Below are positions 50,713 through 60,078 of a stretch of 64,000 bases of DNA, piece by piece. The position numbers and the translations under genes are program-made. Every line of letters begins with the position of its first letter. The first letter of the stretch is position 1. The DNA is taken from NCBI GenBank assembly GCA_021836725.1, contig JAKBHL010000011.1:94494-158493 (forward strand), written 5' to 3'. The stretch comes from a bacterium (GTDB lineage Bacteria > Patescibacteriota > Minisyncoccia > Phycocordibacterales > Phycocordibacteraceae). The notes beneath the pieces were generated by a model. That model ran no database searches. It had not been told where the DNA came from and worked only from the letters and a program-made list of their open reading frames with translations.

Positions 50713-51009
50713 GTGATGGCAACGGCAGAAGAAGTAAAGAAGCTCGCAACCCTCGCACGCGTTTCCCTGCCCGAGGAAGAGCTCGCAAAATTCGCGAGTG
50801 AATTCGATGCGATCCTTGCCTACGTCGGACAGCTCGAGACGCTCGACATCAAGCAGGGTTCCGCGCAAGAGAAGCCGCCGCTGCGCAACGTCATGCGCGC
50901 GGACGGCACGCCGCACGAAGGAGGCGCCTATACCGAAAAGCTTGCCGCGCAATTTCCCGCACGCGAAGGCACCGCGCTTTCGGTGAAGCAGGTCATACGC
51001 CATGACTAG
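50713..51009 (+). CDS. gatC: Glu/Asp-tRNA amidotransferase subunit C
   Basis: Size and position upstream of gatA; KLATLARVSLPEEE motif. Confidence 0.85.
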   Translation: MMATAEEVKKLATLARVSLPEEELAKFASEFDAILAYVGQLETLDIKQGSAQEKPPLRNVMRADGTPHEGGAYTEKLAAQFPAREGTALSVKQVIRHD

Positions 51010-52435
51010 GCGAAATGAACTGACGATAGCGGAGGCGGCCCGCGCGCTACGCGCGCGGGAATTCACCGTGCGCGAGCTGTGGGACGCGTGCGCGGCGGCC
51101 GCCTCCGCGCGCAATCCGGAACTAAACGCATTTCTTGAGATTTTTGACGCCGACGATGCGGCGATTGCCGCCGCGCAAAAGCGCATCGATACCGACGGTT
51201 CCGCCGCGCCGCCCCTCTGCGGCATCCCGCTTGCGATGAAGGACAATATCCTGATAGAGGGGAAGATTGCGAGCGCCGGTTCCAGGATGCTTGAAAATTA
51301 TCGCGCGACCTATGACGCGACTGTGGTGAAGAAGCTGAAAGAAGCGTGCGCGCTTTTCCTCGGGCGTACCAACATGGACGAATTCGCGATGGGTTCTTCG
51401 ACCGAGCATTCCGCCTACGGTCCGACAAAAAATCCGCATGATACGCGCCGCGTGCCCGGCGGCTCTTCCGGCGGCTCCGCCGCCGCCGTTGCTGCGCACC
51501 TCGCGATTGCGGCGCTCGGCTCCGACACCGGCGGCTCCATCCGCCAGCCAGCGGCGCACACCGGACTGGTGGGATTGAAACCGACCTACGGCGCCGTCTC
51601 GCGTTCGGGACTCATAGCGATGGGCTCTTCGCTCGATCAGATAGGCCCTCTCGCAAAGACGGTTGAGGATGCGCGCCTTCTCTACGAGGCAATCGTCGGG
51701 CGCGATCCCCTTGACGCGACGACGATTCCCGCAGGCCTTTATCCATCACGCGGCATCCCCGAGAAATTCCGCATCGGCGTACCGCGGCACCTTCTCGAGA
51801 AAGGCGTCGACGCCGACGTGCGCGCCGCGTTTGATGCGACGCTGGAGCGACTGAAAGACGCCGGACATGCGCTTATCGACATAGAGTTGCCGATGAGCGC
51901 CTACGCGCTCGCGGCGTATTACGTCCTCATGCCTGCGGAAGTCTCGACCAACCTCGCGCGACTCGACGGTATCCGCTACGGGCGCGCGGCGCGCGGGGAG
52001 ACTCTGCTTGACGACTATCTTCTTTCGCGTACCGGCGGATTCGGGAAAGAAACGCTTCGCCGCATTTTGCTTGGCACCTTCGTACTGTCCTCCGGCTACA
52101 TCGACGCATACTACTACAAAGCGGACGCCGCGCGCCGCGTGCTGCGCCGCGAATACGAGAAAGCGTTTGAAAAAGCCGACATCATCGCTTTTCCGACGAC
52201 GCCGTCGCCGGCATTCGCTCTCGGCGAAAAGAGCGACCCGCTCTCGATGTATCTCGAAGACATTTTCACGGCGACTGCAAACCTTACCGGCATGCCGGCG
52301 CTCTCCGTTCCGATGGGTTTCGTGGAACGCGCGGGGAAACAGCTGCCCGTCGGCATGCATCTCACCGCGCCGAATCAGGCGGAGGACGCGCTTTTCGTCC
52401 TCGGTGCCGCAGTGGAGAAAGCGCGCGGCGCCTAG
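51002..52435 (+). CDS. gatA: Glu/Asp-tRNA amidotransferase subunit A
   Basis: Amidase signature GGSSGGSAAAVAA, catalytic K and S. Confidence 0.93.
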   Translation: MTRRNELTIAEAARALRAREFTVRELWDACAAAASARNPELNAFLEIFDADDAAIAAAQKRIDTDGSAAPPLCGIPLAMKDNILIEGKIASAGSRMLENYRATYDATVVKKLKEACALFLGRTNMDEFAMGSSTEHSAYGPTKNPHDTRRVPGGSSGGSAAAVAAHLAIAALGSDTGGSIRQPAAHTGLVGLKPTYGAVSRSGLIAMGSSLDQIGPLAKTVEDARLLYEAIVGRDPLDATTIPAGLYPSRGIPEKFRIGVPRHLLEKGVDADVRAAFDATLERLKDAGHALIDIELPMSAYALAAYYVLMPAEVSTNLARLDGIRYGRAARGETLLDDYLLSRTGGFGKETLRRILLGTFVLSSGYIDAYYYKADAARRVLRREYEKAFEKADIIAFPTTPSPAFALGEKSDPLSMYLEDIFTATANLTGMPALSVPMGFVERAGKQLPVGMHLTAPNQAEDALFVLGAAVEKARGA

Positions 52436-52459
52436 CGCATCTCGTCTATACTGAAAGCG

Positions 52460-53044
52460 ATGCCCACCACTCCCGCTACGCAGATAAACGTCGAGTATTT
52501 CTTCCGCCTCTTGTACGATCTTTTCTATGGCGCGCATGGGTCGGCGAACTATTCGGTATTTCAGACTTTTCTCGCACACCTCTGGCTCTGGATCATCATC
52601 GTCGGCTACGCACTCTCGGTCATAGGGCTTTTCGTCATCGTGTACGCCATGATACGCCTTTTCGAGCTTCGCGAGCGCGAAGAGGAACAGTACGGCACGC
52701 TACTCCTCGCGCCGGAGGCTGAGGGCGGCATGAACCGGCGCTGGCTGCACATTGAGTCGCTCGGGAACGGCGCAAACGCGAGCGCGTGGCGCGAGGCGAT
52801 CATCGAAGCCGACATCATGCTTGACGACATGCTCACCGAACAAGGGTACGCGGGCGAGGGCGTCGGCGAGAAGCTCAAGACAGTCGAACCGGCGGATTTC
52901 AACACGCTCCAGGATGCGTGGGAGGCGCACAAAGTGCGCAACCAGATAGCGCACGAAGGTTCCGCTTTCGATCTCTCCGAAACCCTCGCCCGCCGCACCC
53001 TTGCCCGCTACGAATCCGTCTTCCGCGAGTTCAAAATCATCTAG
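52460..53044 (+). CDS. Membrane-anchored protein with C-terminal DUF4145/HEPN-like domain (R-x4-H-E-G motif)
   Basis: Two N-terminal TM helices; C-terminal AWEAHKVRNQIAHEG resembles the Rx4-6H HEPN signature. Confidence 0.5.
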   Translation: MPTTPATQINVEYFFRLLYDLFYGAHGSANYSVFQTFLAHLWLWIIIVGYALSVIGLFVIVYAMIRLFELREREEEQYGTLLLAPEAEGGMNRRWLHIESLGNGANASAWREAIIEADIMLDDMLTEQGYAGEGVGEKLKTVEPADFNTLQDAWEAHKVRNQIAHEGSAFDLSETLARRTLARYESVFREFKII

Positions 53045-53051
53045 AAGCATT

Positions 53052-53080
53052 TTTGGTGCAGTTGCGTTGCCGTCGGGAAT
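53052..53080 (+). promoter_or_regulatory. Strong sigma70-like promoter TTGCGT-17-TATACT upstream of candidate ssrA
   Basis: Hexamers and spacing seen directly; ~18 nt upstream of proposed mature 5' end. Confidence 0.5.
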
Positions 53081-53098
53081 TTCCTATACTTGCCCCTA

Positions 53099-53506
53099 GC
53101 GGGGTAGAGGAGAGGTACCTCGGGAGGCTCATGTGAAAACGTGACCCTATCCGGTAACGGGTAGTGGAAAAACTCTCTAAATTGCTGGAATACCGTTAGA
53201 GCTTCTTGTGCTACAGCGCGATCCGAAAGGATGAGCGCGAACGCCTAAAAAACGAGAAGATTCGGCAATCAGCAGCCAAGCCTAGTTTTACTTCGGGGGT
53301 TCCCCCATTCCGATGGGGAAGGCGAACGGCGGAGTGCGAAAGTGAGGACAAAGTCCGAGCGGGAGCAACTCCGGTAAGTGAGACTGGGAAGGTTCAGAGA
53401 CTATAATGGGAGAGTCCTTATGGGATTGTGGTATAGTCCATTCCTGTTGGAAACAGCAGGTGTAAAAGAACCTCCAGACGCCGGTTCGATTCCGGCCCCC
53501 GCAACA
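53099..53506 (+). ncRNA. ssrA: Candidate tmRNA (ssrA), ~400 nt
   Basis: 3' tRNA-like end GCCGG-TTCGATT-CCGGC-CCCCGC-A with 5' GCGGGGT able to form the acceptor stem; promoter upstream and hairpin terminator downstream; tag ORF not confidently identified. Confidence 0.5.
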
Positions 53507-53513
53507 AGCAAAC

Positions 53514-53539
53514 GAAAGCCGCCTAAAAGGGCGGCTTTC
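53514..53539 (+). terminator. Intrinsic terminator after candidate ssrA
   Basis: GAAAGCCGCC-TAAAA-GGGCGGCTTTC hairpin. Confidence 0.6.
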
Positions 53540-53684
53540 GCATTTGCGCAGTTGCGGAGGGAGCGAAGCGCCTGCGCGCTTCGCGTCCGGAATCGAACAG
53601 CCGGAGCGATGTTTCGCCAGCAGGCGAAACTGCGAGGCAGGGTTCGTGAAAATCCGCGAGCGACGGCGAGCGGATTATTCCTGA

Positions 53685-53708
53685 CTTCGACCGGCCCCCG
53701 CAACAAGG
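53685..53708 (+). repeat. Direct repeat of the ssrA 3' end (TTCGACCGGCCCCCGCAACAAGG)
   Basis: Matches TTCGATTCCGGCCCCCGCAACAAGC at 53485-53508; att-like duplication. Confidence 0.6.
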
Positions 53709-53840
53709 TAGTGCGTGGCCTGCTAACCCAGACCGTTCGGCATCAAAAGTGCCGAAAATCAGTTCAAGACTGATACGGTCGAAATACGCAAAAGGCATCC
53801 TTTCGGCCGTCTTTTGCGTAGGTAATGCTAAAGTATCCAC

Positions 53841-54425
53841 ATGACCGACGAACAATTGTTGTCGCGAGCGAGATCTCTGCAAGAAGACGCGCGACGGATT
53901 TTGCAAGAATTAAATTTGTTCTCGATTATCAGAACGATCTCGGAACCGGAAATCGTGGGGAGCGTGAAAAGCGGGCTCATGATCATGCCTGACATCGATA
54001 TCCATGCGTGGATGGAAGAGCCGAATCTCGGGGCTGTCTCGAATATGCTTTCCACACTTGCGAAGATGTCGACCATTCAGATGGTACATTTCAACAACTA
54101 CCGCGAGCTACGGAGGGATTTCCGAAAGGATCGCATCAATTTTCCGCACGCATACTATGTCGGACTGCGTACCATACAGCCCTCGGGCGAATGGAAGATT
54201 GATATGTGGTTTGGAAAGCGCGGGGAAGTGGGCGAGTATGATGCAACCGAGCTTGAAACGATGACCGATGAACAGCGTCTCGGCATTCTGCGACTCAAGG
54301 AGACTTGGAGAGACGGTAAGGGGTATCGGGATGGTGTTCTCAGCACCGATTTCTATAAAGCGGTCATGCGACACGATGTAAAAGACGAGGGAGGATTTGT
54401 AGAATATCTGAAGACGAAAGAATAA
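53841..54425 (+). CDS. Nucleotidyltransferase-fold protein (GrpB/UPF0157-like; GS-x11-DxD motif), in low-GC islet
   Basis: IVGSVKSGLMIMPDIDIH minimal NTase motif; local GC ~50% vs ~63% genome. Confidence 0.6.
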   Translation: MTDEQLLSRARSLQEDARRILQELNLFSIIRTISEPEIVGSVKSGLMIMPDIDIHAWMEEPNLGAVSNMLSTLAKMSTIQMVHFNNYRELRRDFRKDRINFPHAYYVGLRTIQPSGEWKIDMWFGKRGEVGEYDATELETMTDEQRLGILRLKETWRDGKGYRDGVLSTDFYKAVMRHDVKDEGGFVEYLKTKE

Positions 54426-54428
54426 CGT

Positions 54429-54929
54429 ATGGAAATTAAATCTACACTGACTAATCGTTCAGGCCAGGTATTGGATGTTATCTATCGGGACATAGAATCG
54501 TTTGAAGAACTTGGGAATCGCACTGTGCATGGTGTTCACGCGTTCTGTTTCGCCGGTGACGAGCTGATCATCGTCTATTCGGAAGCAAAAGGGTATTGGA
54601 CGCCGCCGGGCGGCGGGGTGGAGCCGGGGGAGACGGCTGAAGAAGCGATTGTGCGCGAAGTCTTCGAGGAAACGAACATGCGGGTACTCAAACAGCGTGT
54701 CATTGGATACCAGGAAATCTCCGAGCCGCACCGGCTTACGGTGCAAGTGCGTTCGGTTTGCATCGTTGAACCGATTGGGCCGTTTATCGCCGATGCCGAT
54801 TCCAGCGATGGCGAAGGAGTGACCGAAATCAAGCCCATTGATCCAAAAGATATCAAAAAATATTTCGACTGGGGTGAAATTGGTGCTCATATACTTGAAC
54901 GATCCTTATCTATTAAAAGACAGCTCTGA
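54429..54929 (+). CDS. NUDIX hydrolase
   Basis: Nudix box GGGVEPGETAEEAIVREVFEETN. Confidence 0.85.
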   Translation: MEIKSTLTNRSGQVLDVIYRDIESFEELGNRTVHGVHAFCFAGDELIIVYSEAKGYWTPPGGGVEPGETAEEAIVREVFEETNMRVLKQRVIGYQEISEPHRLTVQVRSVCIVEPIGPFIADADSSDGEGVTEIKPIDPKDIKKYFDWGEIGAHILERSLSIKRQL

Positions 54930-54940
54930 ACATAGTCACT

Positions 54941-55288
54941 ATGCAAGAGGTCGTACAGGAGGCCAGGAACGATTTTGAGAATGGTCTGATTGATCAAGGC
55001 CTACTCATTGAGTTGTATAGAGGATATAAAGATGTTGGTGATACGGTACGGTTTGTAACCAAAGCAAGAAATATTTTCCCGAACGGGAATTGTGGACTCG
55101 CGTCTCTGTATCTAAAAAGAAAATTAGGAGGCGAAATTGTTCATGGGAAATATGAGAAACACGACCATACATTCCTGCTCAGCAAAGATACTGTTATAGA
55201 TATCACTGCAGATCAGTTCGGAGGCCCAAAAGTGTATGTCGGTCCTCTTCGGTTACCATGGTCATTTGAAGAAAACAGACGAGCTTGA
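54941..55288 (+). CDS. Hypothetical protein (low GC ~43%)
   Basis: ORF with codon usage distinct from surroundings; no recognised motif. Confidence 0.45.
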   Translation: MQEVVQEARNDFENGLIDQGLLIELYRGYKDVGDTVRFVTKARNIFPNGNCGLASLYLKRKLGGEIVHGKYEKHDHTFLLSKDTVIDITADQFGGPKVYVGPLRLPWSFEENRRA

Positions 55289-55373
55289 TAAGCACAGGAA
55301 TTGAACTTGAAAAAATCACTGGATGCACCGATTCCCGACCCGCTGTCCTCCGCTTGCGACACGGCAAAAAATC

Positions 55374-55403
55374 TTGACAAAAGTCAGTAATAAGTGGTAT
55401 TCT
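55374..55403 (+). promoter_or_regulatory. Sigma70-like promoter TTGACA-18-TATTCT
   Basis: Seen directly upstream of 55476 ORF. Confidence 0.4.
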
Positions 55404-55475
55404 GCAATCGAGTCGTCTGGGAATTAGACGCACTCGGTACATTCGTCGTTCAACGAAATACCGTAGGAGTTCTTT

Positions 55476-55763
55476 ATGAATCGAAACAGAGAGCTCGTTT
55501 ATTCCGCTATCCTCGCGATGGTCATGTTGCCGGCCATGGCCGCAGCACCGGCACCACGCGCAGCGGAAACGCAGTTAAGCATCCGCATCACGCGGCATGC
55601 CGCGGAGCTGATTGCCGCACGAGAGCGCGGCATGACACCGACCATCGCGCCAGCCACTGCCCGGCCAGGCTCGAACAGGTTCTTTGCGCAGTCCTGCAAA
55701 GCAGCCGGCGGCAACGCCGTCATCGCGCGAGGGGCAGGTTCCAAGCAGCTCGTTTGCGTGTGA
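55476..55763 (+). CDS. Small secreted protein, hypothetical
   Basis: Signal peptide (AILAMVMLPAMAAAPA). Confidence 0.45.
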   Translation: MNRNRELVYSAILAMVMLPAMAAAPAPRAAETQLSIRITRHAAELIAARERGMTPTIAPATARPGSNRFFAQSCKAAGGNAVIARGAGSKQLVCV

Positions 55764-55883
55764 ATCGCACGCATTCACGGGGCAAAAGGGCATGCTGAGA
55801 TGCCACCAGGGCGGAAGCGAAAGCTTCCGCCCTAATTTTTTGTTCATTCTTGCGCGCTATACTGGAGGAACACCGCACCCGCC

Positions 55884-56861
55884 ATGGTATCGAAAACGAT
55901 TAAAACCGCGTCAGTCATGCTCGCCATCGCGTGTTTTGCCTTGCCGTCCGTGGCATCAGCTTCGACGCTCTCGTCCGGGCAGGTACAGGCGATTATCGGG
56001 TTACTTGAGGCGTTCAACGTCAGCCAATCGACCGTAGCTCGCGTAAAGCAGGCGCTCGGGATTTCCCAAACCCCCGTTTCCGGCGGTCGCACCAGCGCCG
56101 CGGACCCGCCCACTCCTTCGCAGCCACCGCCCGCTCCGCATGTTCCTGCGATCGGAAGCGCGTACCCCTCGAGCAATATCGGTTTCGACCTTTCTTACAA
56201 TGCTCTTTCATACCCGGCCGGGCACTTCAGTTTCGGCATCGTCGGCATTTCAGGCGGGAAAGCGTTCGTGCACAACAACCGGCTGGTTTCCGAATACTCC
56301 TGGGCGCATGTCGGTGCTATCGCACCGACCGTCTACATGAACCTGAACGCGCCCTATGGCAGTACTGTGGCGGGGAACACCGATACTCCCAAATCCTGCC
56401 CGACACAGGGCGCATCCGGTACCGAACCCACGGCCTGCGAAGGATACAACTACGGTTTCAATGCGGCGAAAGACGCATACGCGTACGCAAAAGATCATGC
56501 CGTTACATCCGCGCTCTGGTGGATCGATATCGAGGAAGCGAACAGCTGGTCGCCGAACACGGCTGTCAACGACGCAACGATACAAGGCGCGATTGATTAC
56601 CTGAATACGCAGGGCGTGCGCGCCGGCATCTACTCCGTGGCGCGCATGTGGAACGACATCGCGGGAAATAATTTCGTGCCGACACAGACGATAAACGGCC
56701 AGACGGTTTCCGTTCCGGCGTGGATGCCCATAGGCATTTCGAACCTGGTCAGCGCGATCAACGCGTGTGCGACTGAAACGAGTTTCATCCCGGGCGGTCC
56801 GATTTGGCTCGTGCAGTATGTGGCGAACTCGACAGCCGTCGACCAAAACGTTTCCTGCTGA
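55884..56861 (+). CDS. Secreted protein with P-rich linker; possible glycoside-hydrolase-like TIM-barrel (GH25/DUF1906-like) domain
   Basis: Signal peptide; IGFDLSY...WWIDIEE motifs weakly reminiscent of GH25/DUF1906; function call weak. Confidence 0.5.
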   Translation: MVSKTIKTASVMLAIACFALPSVASASTLSSGQVQAIIGLLEAFNVSQSTVARVKQALGISQTPVSGGRTSAADPPTPSQPPPAPHVPAIGSAYPSSNIGFDLSYNALSYPAGHFSFGIVGISGGKAFVHNNRLVSEYSWAHVGAIAPTVYMNLNAPYGSTVAGNTDTPKSCPTQGASGTEPTACEGYNYGFNAAKDAYAYAKDHAVTSALWWIDIEEANSWSPNTAVNDATIQGAIDYLNTQGVRAGIYSVARMWNDIAGNNFVPTQTINGQTVSVPAWMPIGISNLVSAINACATETSFIPGGPIWLVQYVANSTAVDQNVSC

Positions 56862-57005
56862 AAGACCGAAAAAGACTCCCGCGTAAGGAAGCTTGACACG
56901 TTCTAATTGATATATATGCTCTGCGGCAGAGCCCTTTGATTCCATTGCGGACAGAGAGCTTCGCCCGCACCGGCCGGCGCGGACAATCCCTCGAGGAGAG
57001 TTGTC

Positions 57006-57578
57006 ATGGCCACACAAAATGCGGTCGAAGAGAAACTAAGTACGACAATCCGGACACAACCTTTGTTTGTCCCCGTCGGAACGACAGAACTTCCGAAACT
57101 CCCCAGCAAGCCGACTGATCAGTGTTTCAACGGTCCGCAGTACGGGTTGCGCAGCATCAATCTCAACCGTTGGCTCCTGTCATATCAGCCGGGAACGCCC
57201 GGTTGCGTTGTCACGGCGCTCAGGCCAACCGGGGTGGTGACAGAAGCTGAATGGGTTGCGGCGCTGCTCGGCGTACCAGCTGATACGCCGATGAAATTAA
57301 CAGCCGAGCTCCTCAAAGAGCGCGACCACACCATGTCCTTGGTACAAGTGGAAGGCATGGTGGAACGAACGCAACAAGGACTTCGTACCGGCATGCCTAC
57401 TGACGGGTGGTCCAGTTTCTTCTTTGTGGAGAACAAGAAAGACGGTGTTGAACTGACGGGCATCTATCGTGACGAAAGTAAAATGCGATGGTGTCTGCGC
57501 TTTTCACTCAATCGCGATATTCTCTGGCATTGCAATCATCGTCTCCTTGTTCCCAATTTGGACGTTTCGAAGCTCTGA
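57006..57578 (+). CDS. Hypothetical protein
   Basis: ORF with upstream TTGACA-type promoter and downstream terminator. Confidence 0.5.
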   Translation: MATQNAVEEKLSTTIRTQPLFVPVGTTELPKLPSKPTDQCFNGPQYGLRSINLNRWLLSYQPGTPGCVVTALRPTGVVTEAEWVAALLGVPADTPMKLTAELLKERDHTMSLVQVEGMVERTQQGLRTGMPTDGWSSFFFVENKKDGVELTGIYRDESKMRWCLRFSLNRDILWHCNHRLLVPNLDVSKL

Positions 57579-57612
57579 TTCCCTTACCATAGCGTTCAAA
57601 CGTTCTCCAAAT

Positions 57613-57644
57613 AAAATCCCTCTCGCGCACGCGAGAGGGATTTT
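57613..57644 (+). terminator. Intrinsic terminator
   Basis: AAAATCCCTCTCGCG-CAC-GCGAGAGGGATTTT. Confidence 0.75.
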
Positions 57645-57666
57645 ATATCATTTCCGATAGAAAGAT

Positions 57667-57691
57667 AAAAACCGCCTTCTCGGCGGTTTTT
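57667..57691. terminator. Bidirectional intrinsic terminator
   Basis: AAAAACCGCC-TTCTC-GGCGGTTTTT. Confidence 0.75.
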
Positions 57692-57710
57692 ATCCGCATC
57701 GCGTCTTCTC

Positions 57711-57938
57711 TTACATCTTAACCGGGCACATTGTGCAGGTTTTTTTGTGGGTGAAAGCAAGATAGAGCGCAGAGAGGCCGACGAGTATGTAGACTGTCCA
57801 CTCAAGCGACGGCCACGCGCTGAGTACGAAGTGGACGACGTTCCAATCAGCCCCTGCAAAATTCCCGAGACCGATCAAACCCCAATTGAGCGCCCCGACA
57901 ACCGTCAGCACGAACGCAATCTGGTGGAATATTTTCAT
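57711..57938 (-). CDS. DUF378 family small membrane protein
   Basis: VVGALNWGLIGL...WTVYILVGLSALY typical DUF378. Confidence 0.75.
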   Translation of the reverse strand: MKIFHQIAFVLTVVGALNWGLIGLGNFAGADWNVVHFVLSAWPSLEWTVYILVGLSALYLAFTHKKTCTMCPVKM

Positions 57939-58010
57939 ACGATGACGACGGCCGCTAGCTAGTAAGGTTTATGATGCCGTCTGCCGGAAGTATGACGTCT
58001 CCGGGGGAAA

Positions 58011-58532
58011 ATGAAAGGGCGGCAGGTGCACAACGGGATATCGAAATGTTTGGCATGGTACACTCGAAGAACTATGACGCACATCATCATCTTTACCGCG
58101 AATTATCTCTATCTGCTACCGGTAGTCATATTCATCGCGTACGGGCTCCTCACGAAAAGAAGGAGGGAGTTCATACTGCTTTCCGTGCTGGTGCTCCCGA
58201 CAAGCTATCTGCTTGGCGTTCTTGCCGGGCACCTGTTCTATGATCCGCGCCCCTTTGTCGTTTCCCATACCACGCCGCTCTTCCCCCACGCGCCGGACAA
58301 CGGATTCCCCTCGGATCACGCGCTCCTTACCGGAACGCTCGCGGCGCTCATCACGGCCTTTAGCGTGCCTCTTGGGTTGTTCATGTGGTTCCTCGCGTTT
58401 CTTATCGGCGCGTCCCGCGTCCTCGCCGGCGTGCATCACGCTCTCGATATCATCGGTTCGTTCCTTATCGCGGCGGCGAGCACGGCAGTTCTGTGGCAGC
58501 TTTTGAAACGATTCCACTCATTCCGGAACTAA
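58011..58532 (+). CDS. PAP2-family phosphatase (undecaprenyl-diphosphatase-like); probable start at 58074
   Basis: PSDH and SRVLAGVHHALD PAP2 motifs. Confidence 0.8.
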   Translation: MKGRQVHNGISKCLAWYTRRTMTHIIIFTANYLYLLPVVIFIAYGLLTKRRREFILLSVLVLPTSYLLGVLAGHLFYDPRPFVVSHTTPLFPHAPDNGFPSDHALLTGTLAALITAFSVPLGLFMWFLAFLIGASRVLAGVHHALDIIGSFLIAAASTAVLWQLLKRFHSFRN

Positions 58533-58568
58533 CGATTGTTTCTAAAGAGACGGCTGCGCGAGAACGAA

Positions 58569-58898
58569 TCAATGAGTGACCGGAAGACCAGCCTTCTGCC
58601 ACGCGATGATGCCACCGGTGACGCTTGCCGCCTGCTCCAGACCGAGGCCGTGCAGGAGATCGGTAGCCATGGAACTGCGTCCACCGGAACGGCAGATGAC
58701 ATGAATCGAATCGTATTGCTTGAGACGCGCCGCTTCGGTTTCAAGGCGGTCGATAGGGATGTTCAGCGCGCCGGCGATGCCTTCCGCGCGGACTTCTTCC
58801 CGCGTGCGCACGTCAAGCAGCACATGGCCTTCAGCGCCGAGGCGCTCATACGCTTCGGTGACGGATATGCTCGGGGGGCCGGATGAGAAGCCAAACAT
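58569..58898 (-). CDS. Rhodanese-domain sulfurtransferase
   Basis: Active-site loop CRSGGRS. Confidence 0.85.
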   Translation of the reverse strand: MFGFSSGPPSISVTEAYERLGAEGHVLLDVRTREEVRAEGIAGALNIPIDRLETEAARLKQYDSIHVICRSGGRSSMATDLLHGLGLEQAASVTGGIIAWQKAGLPVTH

Positions 58899-58972
58899 AC
58901 GTTACAAGAGAGCATACGGCGAAGCCGGCGCTGCCGTCAACACGCCGCGCGAACCGTACGCTCCACCGCCGG

Positions 58973-59458
58973 CTACCAATTTCCGATCTTGAAAGAGTAT
59001 TTCTCGTGCAGCATTCTGTCGATGCTGTAATAACGCCAACTTTTGCCGAGCCAGAGCGCGACAAATACGATGAAATAAATGATAGCCGCGCCGATATCGG
59101 TCGAGCCCGGCTGGTAAGGACCGCCAAATCCCTCGGCAGTCGACCAGATGACAAGCGCCATCAGCATGCCGCCGGTCATCGTCACTTTGCTGAAAACTCC
59201 GAAAATGAGACCGAGCGCAATCGCCGTTTCCGCAACCGCAACCACGATGGCGAAGAAATGGGGTTGAACGTTTACCCCTTGCACCCAGAGATTAATCCAG
59301 GCTTGCACCAGAGCGCCTTGTCCCTGCGCTCCGCTGGTAAGATACGAAGTGAGATTGTTGATGAACGCGGGACTCCACTTGAAATACGCATCAATGAGCC
59401 AGACGAAGCCGAAGGCGATACGCAAGACGGCAAACGAACGATCTTCTCGGGGGCGCAT
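58973..59458 (-). CDS. DoxX family membrane protein
   Basis: 4 TM helices, DoxX-like pattern. Confidence 0.7.
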   Translation of the reverse strand: MRPREDRSFAVLRIAFGFVWLIDAYFKWSPAFINNLTSYLTSGAQGQGALVQAWINLWVQGVNVQPHFFAIVVAVAETAIALGLIFGVFSKVTMTGGMLMALVIWSTAEGFGGPYQPGSTDIGAAIIYFIVFVALWLGKSWRYYSIDRMLHEKYSFKIGNW

Positions 59459-59592
59459 AATTGAAATGAGTTATGGAGTAGTAACCGGCAGACTCATGCT
59501 TCGAACGCGCACATCCATCATGGTAAAGCAAACGACGTGAAATGAAAGCGCCTCCTGGGGAGTAATAAAGATATACCAACATAGCCATATTC

Positions 59593-60072
59593 ATGAAAAA
59601 GCTTCTCGCAACATCATTCCTGGTCGGAGCGTCGGTCTTATACATATTCTTGCGGCCCGGGAATGCAACGACGCCCGCTACGCTTGGGGCGACAAACAAC
59701 GCCACCAGCGCCGGCGGCGGAACGGCGACGTCCCAAGGCAGCGCGGCACCGCCGCCCTCGTCGGCTGCGCCCGCCGCCGCACAAAGCGGATACAAGGATG
59801 GGACCTATACCGGCAGCATCGCGGATGCGTATTACGGGCCGGTGAAGGTGCAAGCAACGATTAAGGGTGGAGCTCTGAATAACGTCTCTTTCCTTTTGTT
59901 TCCAAATGGCGAGCAAACCTCGACTTATATAAACGAGCAGGTGATGCCGATGCTCACCCAGGAGGCGATTTCCGCACAAAGCGCAAACGTGAACGGTGTC
60001 TCCGGAGCGACGTTTACAAGCCAGGCATTCGAGCAATCGCTCGCTTCAGCACTCAGGAAAGCGCGAAGCTAG
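59593..60072 (+). CDS. Secreted FMN-binding domain protein (flavinylation target, SGAT motif)
   Basis: Signal peptide/anchor; VSGATFTS motif at C-terminus typical of FMN_bind domains flavinylated by ApbE. Confidence 0.75.
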   Translation: MKKLLATSFLVGASVLYIFLRPGNATTPATLGATNNATSAGGGTATSQGSAAPPPSSAAPAAAQSGYKDGTYTGSIADAYYGPVKVQATIKGGALNNVSFLLFPNGEQTSTYINEQVMPMLTQEAISAQSANVNGVSGATFTSQAFEQSLASALRKARS

Positions 60073-60078
60073 CCGGAC

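Noticed and set aside
53330-53400. RNase P RNA (GAGGACAAAGTCCGAGCGGGAGC resembles P4 GAGGAAAGTCCGGGCTCC)
   Set aside because: Only one P4-like strand; no matching ACAGAACCCGGCTTA-type partner or other universally conserved RNase P regions; region better explained as internal part of the tmRNA candidate.
53586-53604. Possible minus-strand tRNA suggested by inverted T-loop-like TCCGGAATCGAACAGCCGG
   Set aside because: Reverse complement does not fold into a cloverleaf (10-nt loop, no acceptor/D/anticodon arms).
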